Part shown: positions 24,176-32,724 of the stretch, in pieces
Layout of the letters: each line of letters starts with the position of its first letter
How positions within the stretch are numbered: the stretch's first letter is position 1
Program-made: the position numbers and the translations under genes
From: a bacterium
Lineage (GTDB): Bacteria; Patescibacteriota; Patescibacteriia; JAZDEU01
Assembly (NCBI GenBank): GCA_043808545.1
Contig: JAZDEU010000058.1
Location: 1-34,515, forward strand
Reading direction: 5' to 3'
Length of the DNA stretch: 34,515 nucleotides
Notes under the pieces: model-generated
Databases searched by the model: none
Seen by the model: the letters and a program-made list of their open reading frames with translations, nothing else
What the model was told of the DNA's origin: nothing

Positions 24176-26122
24176 ATGTACGCAAAAATAGCTCCGATAA
24201 TGCGGCTGCCAAGAAAATTAAAAAATTTTGATTACTTAATACCTGAAAAATTAAAAGAAAAAATAAAGCTAGGGCAAATAGTAGAAATTCCTTTCCGCAA
24301 CAGCCAAAAAAATGGGATAATTTTCTCAATCCATGATGACGAGCCTTGCGCTAATTTAAAAAATATCTTGCGGATTATAGAACGCAATCCGATAATTAAC
24401 GATGCCCAAATAAAATTATTGTCTTGGGCTTCTTTTTATTATTGTTCTTCTCCTGCCGCTTTTTTGAACGCTATTATTCCTGAAATACCCGCATTAAAAA
24501 AATTTGCGCGAAAAATTTATTCCGACGAATGCAATCTGCCCAAAAAAAAATTAAAAATTTTAAAATCCGAAATTCCTAAGATTCAAAAGATACTCAAAAA
24601 AATTTTAGAAAATAAAAAAATATTGCTGCAATGGAATAACTATTACAATAAGACAGCTATTTACATAAAATTATTAGAAAAATTTTCTGCTGACAAACAA
24701 GTTATCTTGATATTCCCGCAATTTTCCGATTTAAAAAAATTTTTATATTTCTTGCCTGAAAATTTAAAAGTTAATACATCTATTTTGCGCAGTGATTTGC
24801 CAAAGAAAAAACATTTTCTAGAATGGGAAACTATAAAAAATAAAAAGAATGGAATAATTATCGGGACAAGACAAGCGATTTTTGCTCCCCTAGAAAATCT
24901 GGGATTAATAATTATTGATAATGAAGAAAATATATCGCATAAACAATGGGAGCAAAATCCAAGATACCATACTCTTAAAATCTCAAAAAAACTGCAGAAA
25001 ATAACAGACGCAAAAATAATCATAGCGAGCAATATCCCTTCCGCAGAAACTTATTATATTTCAAAAAAAGAAAAATATAAGATTATTTTAGAAGATGACG
25101 GCGATGATTTTAGAATTAAAAATAATATAAAAATCATACAGATGCAAGATGAATGGAATAAAAAAAATTATTCAATTCTTAGCGAGGATGCGATAGATTT
25201 AATAAAAAAAAACATAAACCTGAACAAAAATTCTCTAATCTATATAAACCGCCGTGGCGCGAGCCAATTGGTTATATGCAAAGATTGCGGATATATTCCT
25301 TTGTGCCCAAAATGCAATCTCGCTTTAACTCTCCATTCTGGAAAAGAAAATATCTTAAAATGCCATCATTGCAATTTCACAAAAATGCAAATAACTCCTT
25401 GCCCAAAATGCAATGGATTTAATATGAAATTTGCAGGAACAGGGACGGAAAAAGCAGAAAAAATATTAAAAGAAATTTTTAAAGACACAAGAATAATCCG
25501 CGTTGACACGGATAATAAAAAAAGGGGAATTAGGGATGACTTATTATGTACAGGCGAGACTAAAATAATAATCGCGACTAATGCTATTTTAAGCTATATT
25601 TCACCTATCAATATAGCTTCTTGCATATTTTTAAATATAGATACAAATCTGAATATTCCAAGCTTTAGAGCTTTTGAAAATACTGCGCAAATAATTAAAA
25701 ATTTAAGCTTATTAATAGAACCAGAGGGAGAATTGATAATCCAAAGCTATGGAAATATTAAAGAAAATTTACCATTTTTAAAAGAAAATTATGGCTTTAC
25801 TAAATACTATAATAGAATTATTGAAGAAAGACGGAATATAAACTATCCTCCGTTCTCCCAATTAATAAAATTGACATTTAAGAATAAAGATGTTAAAATA
25901 ACAAAATTTGCAACAGACAAATTGTTTAATATTTTAAACAAAGAATTAGGAATAAAAAAGAATATATCTTTATTAGAACCTATTACCTTGCCTGCTCAAC
26001 GCAATAACTATATAAATGAAATAATTATAAAGAACAAAGGCGACGCTGATGATTTGCAAAAATGGCTCACTGCTAATGTCCCCCAAGAATGGATAATAGA
26101 TATTGATCCGATTGAAATCTAA
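24176..26122 (+). CDS. priA: Primosomal protein N' (PriA) homologue with degenerate helicase motifs
   Basis: 648 aa. PriA-type N-terminus (MYAKIAPIMRLPRKLKNFDYLIP...GQIVEIPFRNSQKNGIIFSI). Cys-rich Zn region CKDCGYIPLCPKCNLALTLH...LKCHHCNF...CPKCNG. Conserved priA-def-fmt order. Walker A/B and motif VI positions are not canonical. Confidence 0.85.
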   Translation: MYAKIAPIMRLPRKLKNFDYLIPEKLKEKIKLGQIVEIPFRNSQKNGIIFSIHDDEPCANLKNILRIIERNPIINDAQIKLLSWASFYYCSSPAAFLNAIIPEIPALKKFARKIYSDECNLPKKKLKILKSEIPKIQKILKKILENKKILLQWNNYYNKTAIYIKLLEKFSADKQVILIFPQFSDLKKFLYFLPENLKVNTSILRSDLPKKKHFLEWETIKNKKNGIIIGTRQAIFAPLENLGLIIIDNEENISHKQWEQNPRYHTLKISKKLQKITDAKIIIASNIPSAETYYISKKEKYKIILEDDGDDFRIKNNIKIIQMQDEWNKKNYSILSEDAIDLIKKNINLNKNSLIYINRRGASQLVICKDCGYIPLCPKCNLALTLHSGKENILKCHHCNFTKMQITPCPKCNGFNMKFAGTGTEKAEKILKEIFKDTRIIRVDTDNKKRGIRDDLLCTGETKIIIATNAILSYISPINIASCIFLNIDTNLNIPSFRAFENTAQIIKNLSLLIEPEGELIIQSYGNIKENLPFLKENYGFTKYYNRIIEERRNINYPPFSQLIKLTFKNKDVKITKFATDKLFNILNKELGIKKNISLLEPITLPAQRNNYINEIIIKNKGDADDLQKWLTANVPQEWIIDIDPIEI

Positions 26123-26125
26123 AAT

Positions 26126-26386
26126 ATAATCCGAATCTACAAATTAGTATCCGAATGATACGAATACCCAAATAGTCAATCCGAATTATTCGGGGACTGC
26201 CGCCAAACGCTTAGTGCGTCATTCTGAACCCGCTTTAGCGGGTGAAGAATCCCGTGGTTAAGCGAAAAAACTCTGGGATTCTTCGTCGTTCCTCCTCAGA
26301 ATGACGCAAAAACACCATTTGGCGACAACCCCATTCGGATGAATTCGTTTTCGTGGCATTCGGATACATTCGTGAATTCGGATTAT
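26126..26386. repeat. ~260-bp layered (onion-like) inverted repeat occupying the whole priA-def spacer
   Basis: Outer ATAATCCGAAT (26126..26136) / ATTCGGATTAT (26376..26386), with repeated CCGAAT/ATTCGG units. Middle GGGGACTGCCGCCAAA / TTTGGCGACAACCCC. Inner GCGTCATTCTGA (26216..) / TCAGAATGACGC (..26307). Core GAAGAATCCC / GGGATTCTTC. Confidence 0.85.
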
Positions 26387-26393
26387 ATTTATT

Positions 26394-26912
26394 ATGCTAT
26401 TACCGATTATAACTTCTCCAAATAAAATTTTACGGGAAAAAGCGCGGGAGATTACTAAAGAAGAGCTTGAATCAGAAAAAATTCAAAAGCTTATTTTAGA
26501 TATGGGAGAAACTATGAGAAATGCTAATGGAATCGGATTGGCCGCTCCTCAAGTGAACGAGAGTTTGCAAATTATTTGCATGGATATGCGCGAATGCGAT
26601 CCGCATGGAAGCATTAGAAAAAAAATTATCCCTAATTTAACACATACGCAGGCTGGCGGCAATGAAATTTTCATACTTATAAATCCGCGCATAACATGGA
26701 GTTCTATTGTTAAAAATATAATGGAAGAAGGATGTTTAAGCATTCCCGAAATAAAGTCGCGAATAAAGCGCCCTAAAAACATTAGGGTAAAATGTTTAAA
26801 CGCAAAAGGCGAGAAAATTAAATTTAAAGCGACTGAACTATTCGCGAGAGTTTTACAACATGAGATTGATCATTTGAATGGGATATTATTTATTGATAAA
26901 ACAATAAAATAA
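26394..26912 (+). CDS. def: Peptide deformylase
   Basis: 172 aa. The three Def motifs: GIGLAAPQVN, EGCLSIP, QHEIDHLNG. Confidence 0.95.
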   Translation: MLLPIITSPNKILREKAREITKEELESEKIQKLILDMGETMRNANGIGLAAPQVNESLQIICMDMRECDPHGSIRKKIIPNLTHTQAGGNEIFILINPRITWSSIVKNIMEEGCLSIPEIKSRIKRPKNIRVKCLNAKGEKIKFKATELFARVLQHEIDHLNGILFIDKTIK

Positions 26913-26954
26913 TCTTAATGTTAATTGCTATTAGATTGAGCGCTATGCCGCGCA

Positions 26955-27075
26955 TTTTAATTTTCAATTCTCAATTTTCAATGAATGTTCAATTTCCAAT
27001 TTCCAAACAATTACAGATATTTGAAAATTATTTAATTGAAAATTGATTGGAAATTGGAAATTGAAAATTAAAAAT
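26955..27075. repeat. AT-rich inverted repeat (TTCCAATTTCCAA / TTGGAAATTGGAA) in the def-fmt spacer
   Basis: TTTTAATTTTCAATT...TCCAATTTCCAA (26955..27006) versus TTGATTGGAAATTGGAAATTGAAAATTAAAAA (27044..27075). Confidence 0.75.
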
Positions 27076-27127
27076 TTTATATAAACCAAAACATCTAAAA
27101 TCCCGCGTATTTATTTTAAATAAAAAT

Positions 27128-28090
27128 ATGGACACCAAAACTATAAATATCCTATTCTTCGGCACATCAGAATTTGCAGTGCCCATCCTCCAAAAATTGA
27201 TAGATGAAAAATATAATATTGCGGCGGTTGTGACACGGCCAGATAAACCTGTCGGGAGAAAACAAATACTAACACCTTCGCCAGTTAAACTTTTAGCTGA
27301 AAAATATAGAATTCCAGTTCACCAGCCTGAAAATTTCTTATCGTACGGGCGCGATGCATCGCGCCCCTACTTTGACTTAATTATCACCGCCTCTTACGGA
27401 AAAATTATTCCGAAAGAAATGCTGGATTTCCCAAAATACGGCGCGCTGAATGTCCATCCTTCCCTATTGCCAAAATACAGAGGTTCTTCACCTGTTCAAT
27501 ATGCTATTCTTAATGGAGATAAAGAAACTGGAGCAACGATAATGTTAATGGATGAAAAAATGGATCATGGAAAAATTTTAGCGCAAGAAAAAATTAGAAT
27601 TGAAGACCGCCAAACATTTCTAAGTCTTCATAATGAGCTAGCGCAAATTAGCGCTGAATTATTAGTAAAAACTATACCTTTGTGGATTAACAATGAAATA
27701 AAACCATGCCCGCAAGACTGCGCAAAAGCGACATACGCAAAAATTATAACTAAAAAAGATGGAAAAATAAATTGGAATAAATCTGCAGAAGAAATAGAAT
27801 GTCAAATACGAGCATTTTCTTTGTGGCCGGGATGTTGGACGATTTTAAATATAGATGGAGAAGAAAAATGTTTAAAAATTATAGATGCTGCCGCAGAAAC
27901 AAAACACTATCCGGCTCGCGCAGATTGGCAGGCAGGTAAGATAATAAAAACTGAAAACAAAAAAATGACCGTAGTATGCGGTTCAGGAATTTTGAAAATT
28001 TTACAACTTCAAATAGAAGGTAAAAAAATAATGGCGGGTGAAAATTTTTTAAACGGACATCAAAAACTTATCGGACAAATTTTAAAATGA
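27128..28090 (+). CDS. fmt: Methionyl-tRNA formyltransferase
   Basis: 320 aa. ILFFGTSEFAVPIL, ASYGKIIP, NVHPSLLPKYRGSSPVQYAI and the C-terminal Fmt domain. Lies downstream of def. Confidence 0.95.
   Translation: MDTKTINILFFGTSEFAVPILQKLIDEKYNIAAVVTRPDKPVGRKQILTPSPVKLLAEKYRIPVHQPENFLSYGRDASRPYFDLIITASYGKIIPKEMLDFPKYGALNVHPSLLPKYRGSSPVQYAILNGDKETGATIMLMDEKMDHGKILAQEKIRIEDRQTFLSLHNELAQISAELLVKTIPLWINNEIKPCPQDCAKATYAKIITKKDGKINWNKSAEEIECQIRAFSLWPGCWTILNIDGEEKCLKIIDAAAETKHYPARADWQAGKIIKTENKKMTVVCGSGILKILQLQIEGKKIMAGENFLNGHQKLIGQILK
27343..27370. repeat. 28-bp near-perfect palindrome GTACGGGCGCGATG/CATCGCGCCCCTAC inside fmt
   Basis: The 20-bp core GGGCGCGATGCATCGCGCCC is perfect. Translated in frame as YGRDASRPY. 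Confidence 0.9.
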
Positions 28091-28177
28091 TAAAAATCAA
28101 ACATCCCGCAATGCCCGCCGCCAATAAAATCTTTATTTGACTTTCTGTTGAAAGCATAAATTTAACTGCAGAATTTT

Positions 28178-29770
28178 CTAAACAATCAATAATATGACAT
28201 TGCATAGCATTAGATAGCCTATACCCAGCGGATGGTTCATATATGGACTAAAAACGCTTGTAGCTAAAATAACAATAACGGCTAACATACAACCTAATAC
28301 ATTCACACTATATGTTTCACGAAGAATGTTCCAGTACTCTTTAAAAATTTTCCATACTAAGAATAAATAAGCGAGCATGCCTGCAAAACCTATTTTAAAA
28401 ATTATATCTAGATATCCCCATTCAAAAGCATAAGTTGTATATTCTCCTGTCGGGCTGGAAGCGAGGACTCTCGGATCACCGCTCTTATATGTTATAGTTG
28501 AACCAAATCCCGATCCTATTATCGGATGATTTATAATTACGCGCGTTAACACTGGAAGCAAATTCCATCTGCTGCTTGCCCCAGCTTCTCCCGAAACAGA
28601 AGACGCTCTCTCGCTTAATAAGTCAACTGAAAATTCCGCGCTTTCTTTAGGATATGGAAATTGAACAACTAGAAAAATTAAAGCTAAACTTAAAATCATG
28701 CCTAAAGCTAATTGCAAAGTAAATTTCGCTAATTTCTTCCAAGAATATTTTAACTTAAAAATAAAAACTATATACATTGCTATCACTGCTATAAATCCGC
28801 CCACCCAGAAACTGCGAGACATCCCCAATAATATCACGGACAAAAATAAAATGAACAGCAAAAAATTAAAAGAAAATATTTTTAATTTTACGCTTCCGTT
28901 TTGAATTTTGAGTTTTGAGTTTTGAATTTTTCTGCTATTAGATTGCAACATCTTATTGCATTCCGGCAACATTGATGCAACCGCAAAAAATAAGGCGATA
29001 AGAACATATATATGCGACTGAAAAAAAATACGATAAAATCCGCCTTGCCATAAAGTTATCTCGCCAAGTCGAAAATCTCTTACCCATCTATATAAAAATT
29101 CCATCGCGTAATACATTTTATGGGAAAAAATAAATAAGAGAAATATTGTTTTTAAAGAAAGAATAATTATTGAGGCGATCAATATTTCAAAAATTGCTTT
29201 TAAATGTTCTTTTTCTTTTATTGCATATACGAACGGAAAAATTAAAGCAAAATACAAATAACTATTAGCGTCAAAAAAAACATTGCTTATGCCATTTTTT
29301 CTTATTAAGCCCCAAATAACGCCCCACGCTAAAAATAAAAAAAGTAAAAAATAATATTTTAAAAACCCCGTTAAATATGTTCCAGCCTTTTTATCTTCAA
29401 TAGAATCAATAGATTTATTTAACGGGGCAAATTTATTCTCTTTTAATTTATCTAAAAATTCTTTTCTCTCTTTTTTATTTATTAAAAATTTTGTAAGCCA
29501 AACCGACATTATAATAAGAAAAAATCCTATCCTAATAGAAATTGCAGTCCCTCCAATTTCATAAAAGAAAAGATAACCAAACGATCCGATAAAAAGTTCC
29601 GCGAGCATTATATATATTCCATATTCTAATTTTTCTAAAGATAAAATAAGCGCTAAAATTAAAATGGCGAAAAAACAAGCTTTATTAAAAACTGGATATA
29701 AAAAACCGCAGAAAGAAAAAATTTCAGCTAAGATTAAAAATAATATTGTGAGACGAAAGTATTTAGACAT
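28178..29770 (-). CDS. O-antigen ligase/polymerase-like (Wzy_C-type) polytopic membrane protein
   Basis: About 530 aa from the ATG at 29770 (the track ORF begins at an upstream TTG at 29800). Many TM helices. Wzy_C-like LGMSRSFWVGG segment. Function is low confidence. Confidence 0.6.
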   Translation of the reverse strand: MSKYFRLTILFLILAEIFSFCGFLYPVFNKACFFAILILALILSLEKLEYGIYIMLAELFIGSFGYLFFYEIGGTAISIRIGFFLIIMSVWLTKFLINKKERKEFLDKLKENKFAPLNKSIDSIEDKKAGTYLTGFLKYYFLLFLFLAWGVIWGLIRKNGISNVFFDANSYLYFALIFPFVYAIKEKEHLKAIFEILIASIIILSLKTIFLLFIFSHKMYYAMEFLYRWVRDFRLGEITLWQGGFYRIFFQSHIYVLIALFFAVASMLPECNKMLQSNSRKIQNSKLKIQNGSVKLKIFSFNFLLFILFLSVILLGMSRSFWVGGFIAVIAMYIVFIFKLKYSWKKLAKFTLQLALGMILSLALIFLVVQFPYPKESAEFSVDLLSERASSVSGEAGASSRWNLLPVLTRVIINHPIIGSGFGSTITYKSGDPRVLASSPTGEYTTYAFEWGYLDIIFKIGFAGMLAYLFLVWKIFKEYWNILRETYSVNVLGCMLAVIVILATSVFSPYMNHPLGIGYLMLCNVILLIV

Positions 29771-29892
29771 GTAATTAATTTTAAATTTTAAATTGCGCAA
29801 ATTTTAAAAAAATAATAAATAATAAAATTACAAAGATTATAAAATTCAGAGTTTTAAAATTTGTTATTGGATATTTAAAATTTTTTTAAAAT

Positions 29893-31074
29893 TTAAAATT
29901 TAAAATTTCTTATTCCCTTCATCAGCCCCATATAAAATTCTAAATTATTCAATGTCGCCAGTCTCGCGCCCAAAAGCTCTTTCATTTTAAACAGATGGCG
30001 CAAATACGCTTTTTTATATTCTTGCAGTTCCTGCAGTTTTGACTCCTCGTTTATCGGCGAAAAATCTTTCACAAATTTTGAATTATTGATGTTTATTGAA
30101 TTATAAAATTTTTCATTTAATTTTAAACTTCCTGCCTGCGCAGGCAGGTTAACTTTAAACTTTAAACTTTGGAACAGCTTCCCATGCCTAGCTTCCCGTG
30201 TCGGAATAACGCAATCAAACATATCCCATCCGTAAGAAACGCATTTTATAATATCATCCGGAGTGCCTACGCCTAGCGCGAAACGCAAAGAATCCTCTGG
30301 AATTAAATTAGCAGTATAAGCTAAAATATCTTCCATACGATTTCCTTCCGCGTCAACTGGTCGCGCGCCGAATCCATAACCGTCAAATCCGATTTTTATA
30401 AGTTCATCCGCGCAATATTTTCTTAAACTTTTTTCCGCGCCTCCTTGTATAACGGAAAATAACAAAGGCTTTGAGACATCTTTTAGTTTTCTTTTTTTTA
30501 CTTGCTTTTCATATTCTTTTCGGCATCTTTTCGCCCAAGAAATAGTGCGCTTTACGGAATTTTCCAATTCGTTTTTCGCATAATCATTCGGCGGGCAATC
30601 ATCTAAGCATACCATCATATCAACTCCTAAATCAAATTGAATTTGAATAGATTTTTCCGGAGTCAGCTCGTGAAACGATCCATCAAGAGGAGATTTAAAA
30701 ACAACTTTATCGTCAAAAATTTTCCCCATCTCTTCTCTCCTTCCCCCCTTGAGTGTGGCGTTGCGAATCAATGAAAAAACCTGAAACCCGCCGCTGTCCG
30801 AAAGAAGCGGATGCGGCCAGTTCATAAAAGAATGAATACCGCCTTTCATTTTTAATTTTTCATTTTTAATTTTTAATTTTGATATTCCCGGCTGTAAATA
30901 TAAATGAAAAGTATTAACAACCATTGGACCAACTCCCGCCATTTCCAAATCAGCGCGGGATAATCCTTTTACATATCCTCTCGTCGCGTCAGGCATAAAA
31001 AACGGCGTTTGAATCTCTCCGTGAGCCGTTTTGATTATTTTTTTTCGTATATTGAACGCCGTTTTAGAATTCAT
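29893..31074 (-). CDS. tgt: tRNA-guanine transglycosylase (TGT) family protein, divergent
   Basis: 393 aa. TPFFMPDATRG, NTFHLYLQPG, LLSDSGGFQVFSL, MMVCLDDC, ALGVGTPDD, WDMFDCVIPTR, KKAYLRHL. Two in-frame insertions, and the Zn-ligand positions are substituted. Confidence 0.85.
   Translation of the reverse strand: MNSKTAFNIRKKIIKTAHGEIQTPFFMPDATRGYVKGLSRADLEMAGVGPMVVNTFHLYLQPGISKLKIKNEKLKMKGGIHSFMNWPHPLLSDSGGFQVFSLIRNATLKGGRREEMGKIFDDKVVFKSPLDGSFHELTPEKSIQIQFDLGVDMMVCLDDCPPNDYAKNELENSVKRTISWAKRCRKEYEKQVKKRKLKDVSKPLLFSVIQGGAEKSLRKYCADELIKIGFDGYGFGARPVDAEGNRMEDILAYTANLIPEDSLRFALGVGTPDDIIKCVSYGWDMFDCVIPTREARHGKLFQSLKFKVNLPAQAGSLKLNEKFYNSININNSKFVKDFSPINEESKLQELQEYKKAYLRHLFKMKELLGARLATLNNLEFYMGLMKGIRNFKF
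30131..30148. repeat. 18-bp perfect palindrome CCTGCCTGCGCAGGCAGG inside tgt
   Basis: Translated in frame as LPAQAG. Family members at 10170..10189 (ACCTGCCTGTGCAGGCAGGT), 19592..19611 and, degenerate, at 8826..8845. Confidence 0.9.
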
Positions 31075-31183
31075 AAATAATAACCCCTTCGTTTTCTAAA
31101 TCAAATTTTATTTTTCTGTCAATTTTGCCAATCGCAGAAACCCCAAAATATTCTTTTCTAGTAACTACTCAGGTACCCGAGAA

Positions 31184-31284
31184 AGTGCCATTTGCTAAAA
31201 GAAAATGCGACCTCCATAAAATTTAATTTTAGCGCTGGAATTTGAATATTGCGTAAAATTAGGAGTTTTTAAGCAAATGGCACT
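31184..31284. repeat. Inverted repeat AGTGCCATTTGCT / AGCAAATGGCACT in the tgt upstream spacer
   Basis: 13-bp perfect arms at 31184..31196 and 31272..31284. Confidence 0.8.
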
Positions 31285-31301
31285 GGAATTACAAAATGCA
31301 A

Positions 31302-31351
31302 AGAGTCATAAACGCCAGTTGCTTTTCAAAGCAACTGGCGCTTATGACTCT
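31302..31351 (-). terminator. 24-bp-stem palindrome (AGAGTCATAAACGCCAGTTGCTTT / AAAGCAACTGGCGCTTATGACTCT) overlapping the ATPase stop codon
   Basis: One mismatch in 24 pairs. The last three sense codons and the stop of the 31342..32646 gene lie in the right arm. The core is shared with 32725..32755. Confidence 0.6.
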
Positions 31352-32646
31352 TCCATATATTTTAAAAAATTTTTTACTTTTATGGTTTTTTTATCAATTT
31401 GAATCTCTTCATCATATCCCATTGTAATGATATAAGCTTCTTTTTGCCCAAATTTATTCATCGCTTCCAATAATCCTCCTGTTTCTCTCTGTTTATTTTC
31501 ATTATTAAAATTCCAGCATACATTGATAAGTTTATCAATTTTTACCCCCTTTCTTATTAAAAAATCAACCTCATTTTTATTTTCCCAATAAAAAATATCT
31601 TCCTGTTTTCTTCTATATTCAAGATAAACTAAATTTTCAAACATTTTTCCAAGATTGTCTGAAAATCTGAAAGAAAGCGCATTATATAAACCTAAATCAA
31701 TAATATAAATTTTATGCGGATTATTTTTTTGTTTTGCAAAAGAATAAGAAAAATAATCTGCTGTTTGAACTAAAAAGACTTCTTTGGCGTATTCTAAAAA
31801 TTTGTTTGCCGTCGGCTGAGAAATTTTTTGTTTTTTTTCTGCCTGATATCCTGAAAACTTCGCCGAAATATTCACAATAAGATTTAGGCAAAATTCTTTT
31901 AATTTTTTCACATCTCGTATCTCATAACGTTGCACAATATCTTTTTCTATAATAGCAGAATAATAATCCTTAAGAATTTGCGTTTTATCTTTTTCTTCTT
32001 TGGTCAAAACCACTTGCGGCAATCCTCCAAACTCCATATATTCTTTAAAAAATTTTCTTAAAACCGGCGATCCTTTGCCTGTTATATTTTCAAATAAATC
32101 GTCTTTATTCTTAAATTTAAGAAATTCTTTAAAATTGAGCGGAAAAATTTCATTTGAATATATCCTGCCAGTTAAAGATGTTCCATATTCTTTGGATAAT
32201 AATTTTGACGACGAGCCTGTGATATAAAATTTTATTTTCTCGTTGCGATCATAAAGCCCGCGAATAAATTTTTCCCACTGCGGAACATTTTGTATTTCAT
32301 CCAAAACAATAAATATTTTACCTTCGGGATTAAAATGTTCAAGATAAGCGTCATAAATTTGCAAAAGAAATTCTATATTCAAATATGGCGAGAAGGCGGG
32401 TTCTTCAAAATTTATATAAAGCGTATTTTGGGAAGAAGCATCGCCGGCGTCAATAATCTTTTTTATGACTTGCAGTAAAATAGTTGATTTGCCAGATCTT
32501 CTTACTCCGGCAACGACAGAGACTTCTTTAATATTTCGTTGCCTATATAGTTCGCCAACATATTGTTCGCGAATTATGCCTGTGTTGATAGATTTATTCC
32601 AAAAATTCCAAACATCTAAAATTTCTATTATTTGCGAGTTATTCAT
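31342..32646 (-). CDS. AAA_14 / DUF4143-type ATPase
   Basis: 434 aa. Walker A VAGVRRSGKSTIL. Walker B FIVLDEIQNVPQWEKF. The C-terminal part is consistent with the DUF4143 architecture common in archaea and bacteria. Confidence 0.8.
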   Translation of the reverse strand: MNNSQIIEILDVWNFWNKSINTGIIREQYVGELYRQRNIKEVSVVAGVRRSGKSTILLQVIKKIIDAGDASSQNTLYINFEEPAFSPYLNIEFLLQIYDAYLEHFNPEGKIFIVLDEIQNVPQWEKFIRGLYDRNEKIKFYITGSSSKLLSKEYGTSLTGRIYSNEIFPLNFKEFLKFKNKDDLFENITGKGSPVLRKFFKEYMEFGGLPQVVLTKEEKDKTQILKDYYSAIIEKDIVQRYEIRDVKKLKEFCLNLIVNISAKFSGYQAEKKQKISQPTANKFLEYAKEVFLVQTADYFSYSFAKQKNNPHKIYIIDLGLYNALSFRFSDNLGKMFENLVYLEYRRKQEDIFYWENKNEVDFLIRKGVKIDKLINVCWNFNNENKQRETGGLLEAMNKFGQKEAYIITMGYDEEIQIDKKTIKVKNFLKYMEES

Positions 32647-32724
32647 ATAATAAAGTATATTTTTGTATTTTGCATCATAATACTAAACTATATTTTAGTA
32701 TATGTCAAGATAACTCCAACAATT

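Noticed and set aside
32680-32701. ATACTAAA-N6-TTTAGTAT dyad upstream of the ATPase gene as a third C-box (shares TTTAGTAT with 5472..5479)
   Set aside because: Only an 8-mer is shared. At this base composition I expect several such 8-mers by chance in about 69 kb of two-strand sequence. It may still be a local operator, but there is no evidence linking it to the C protein.
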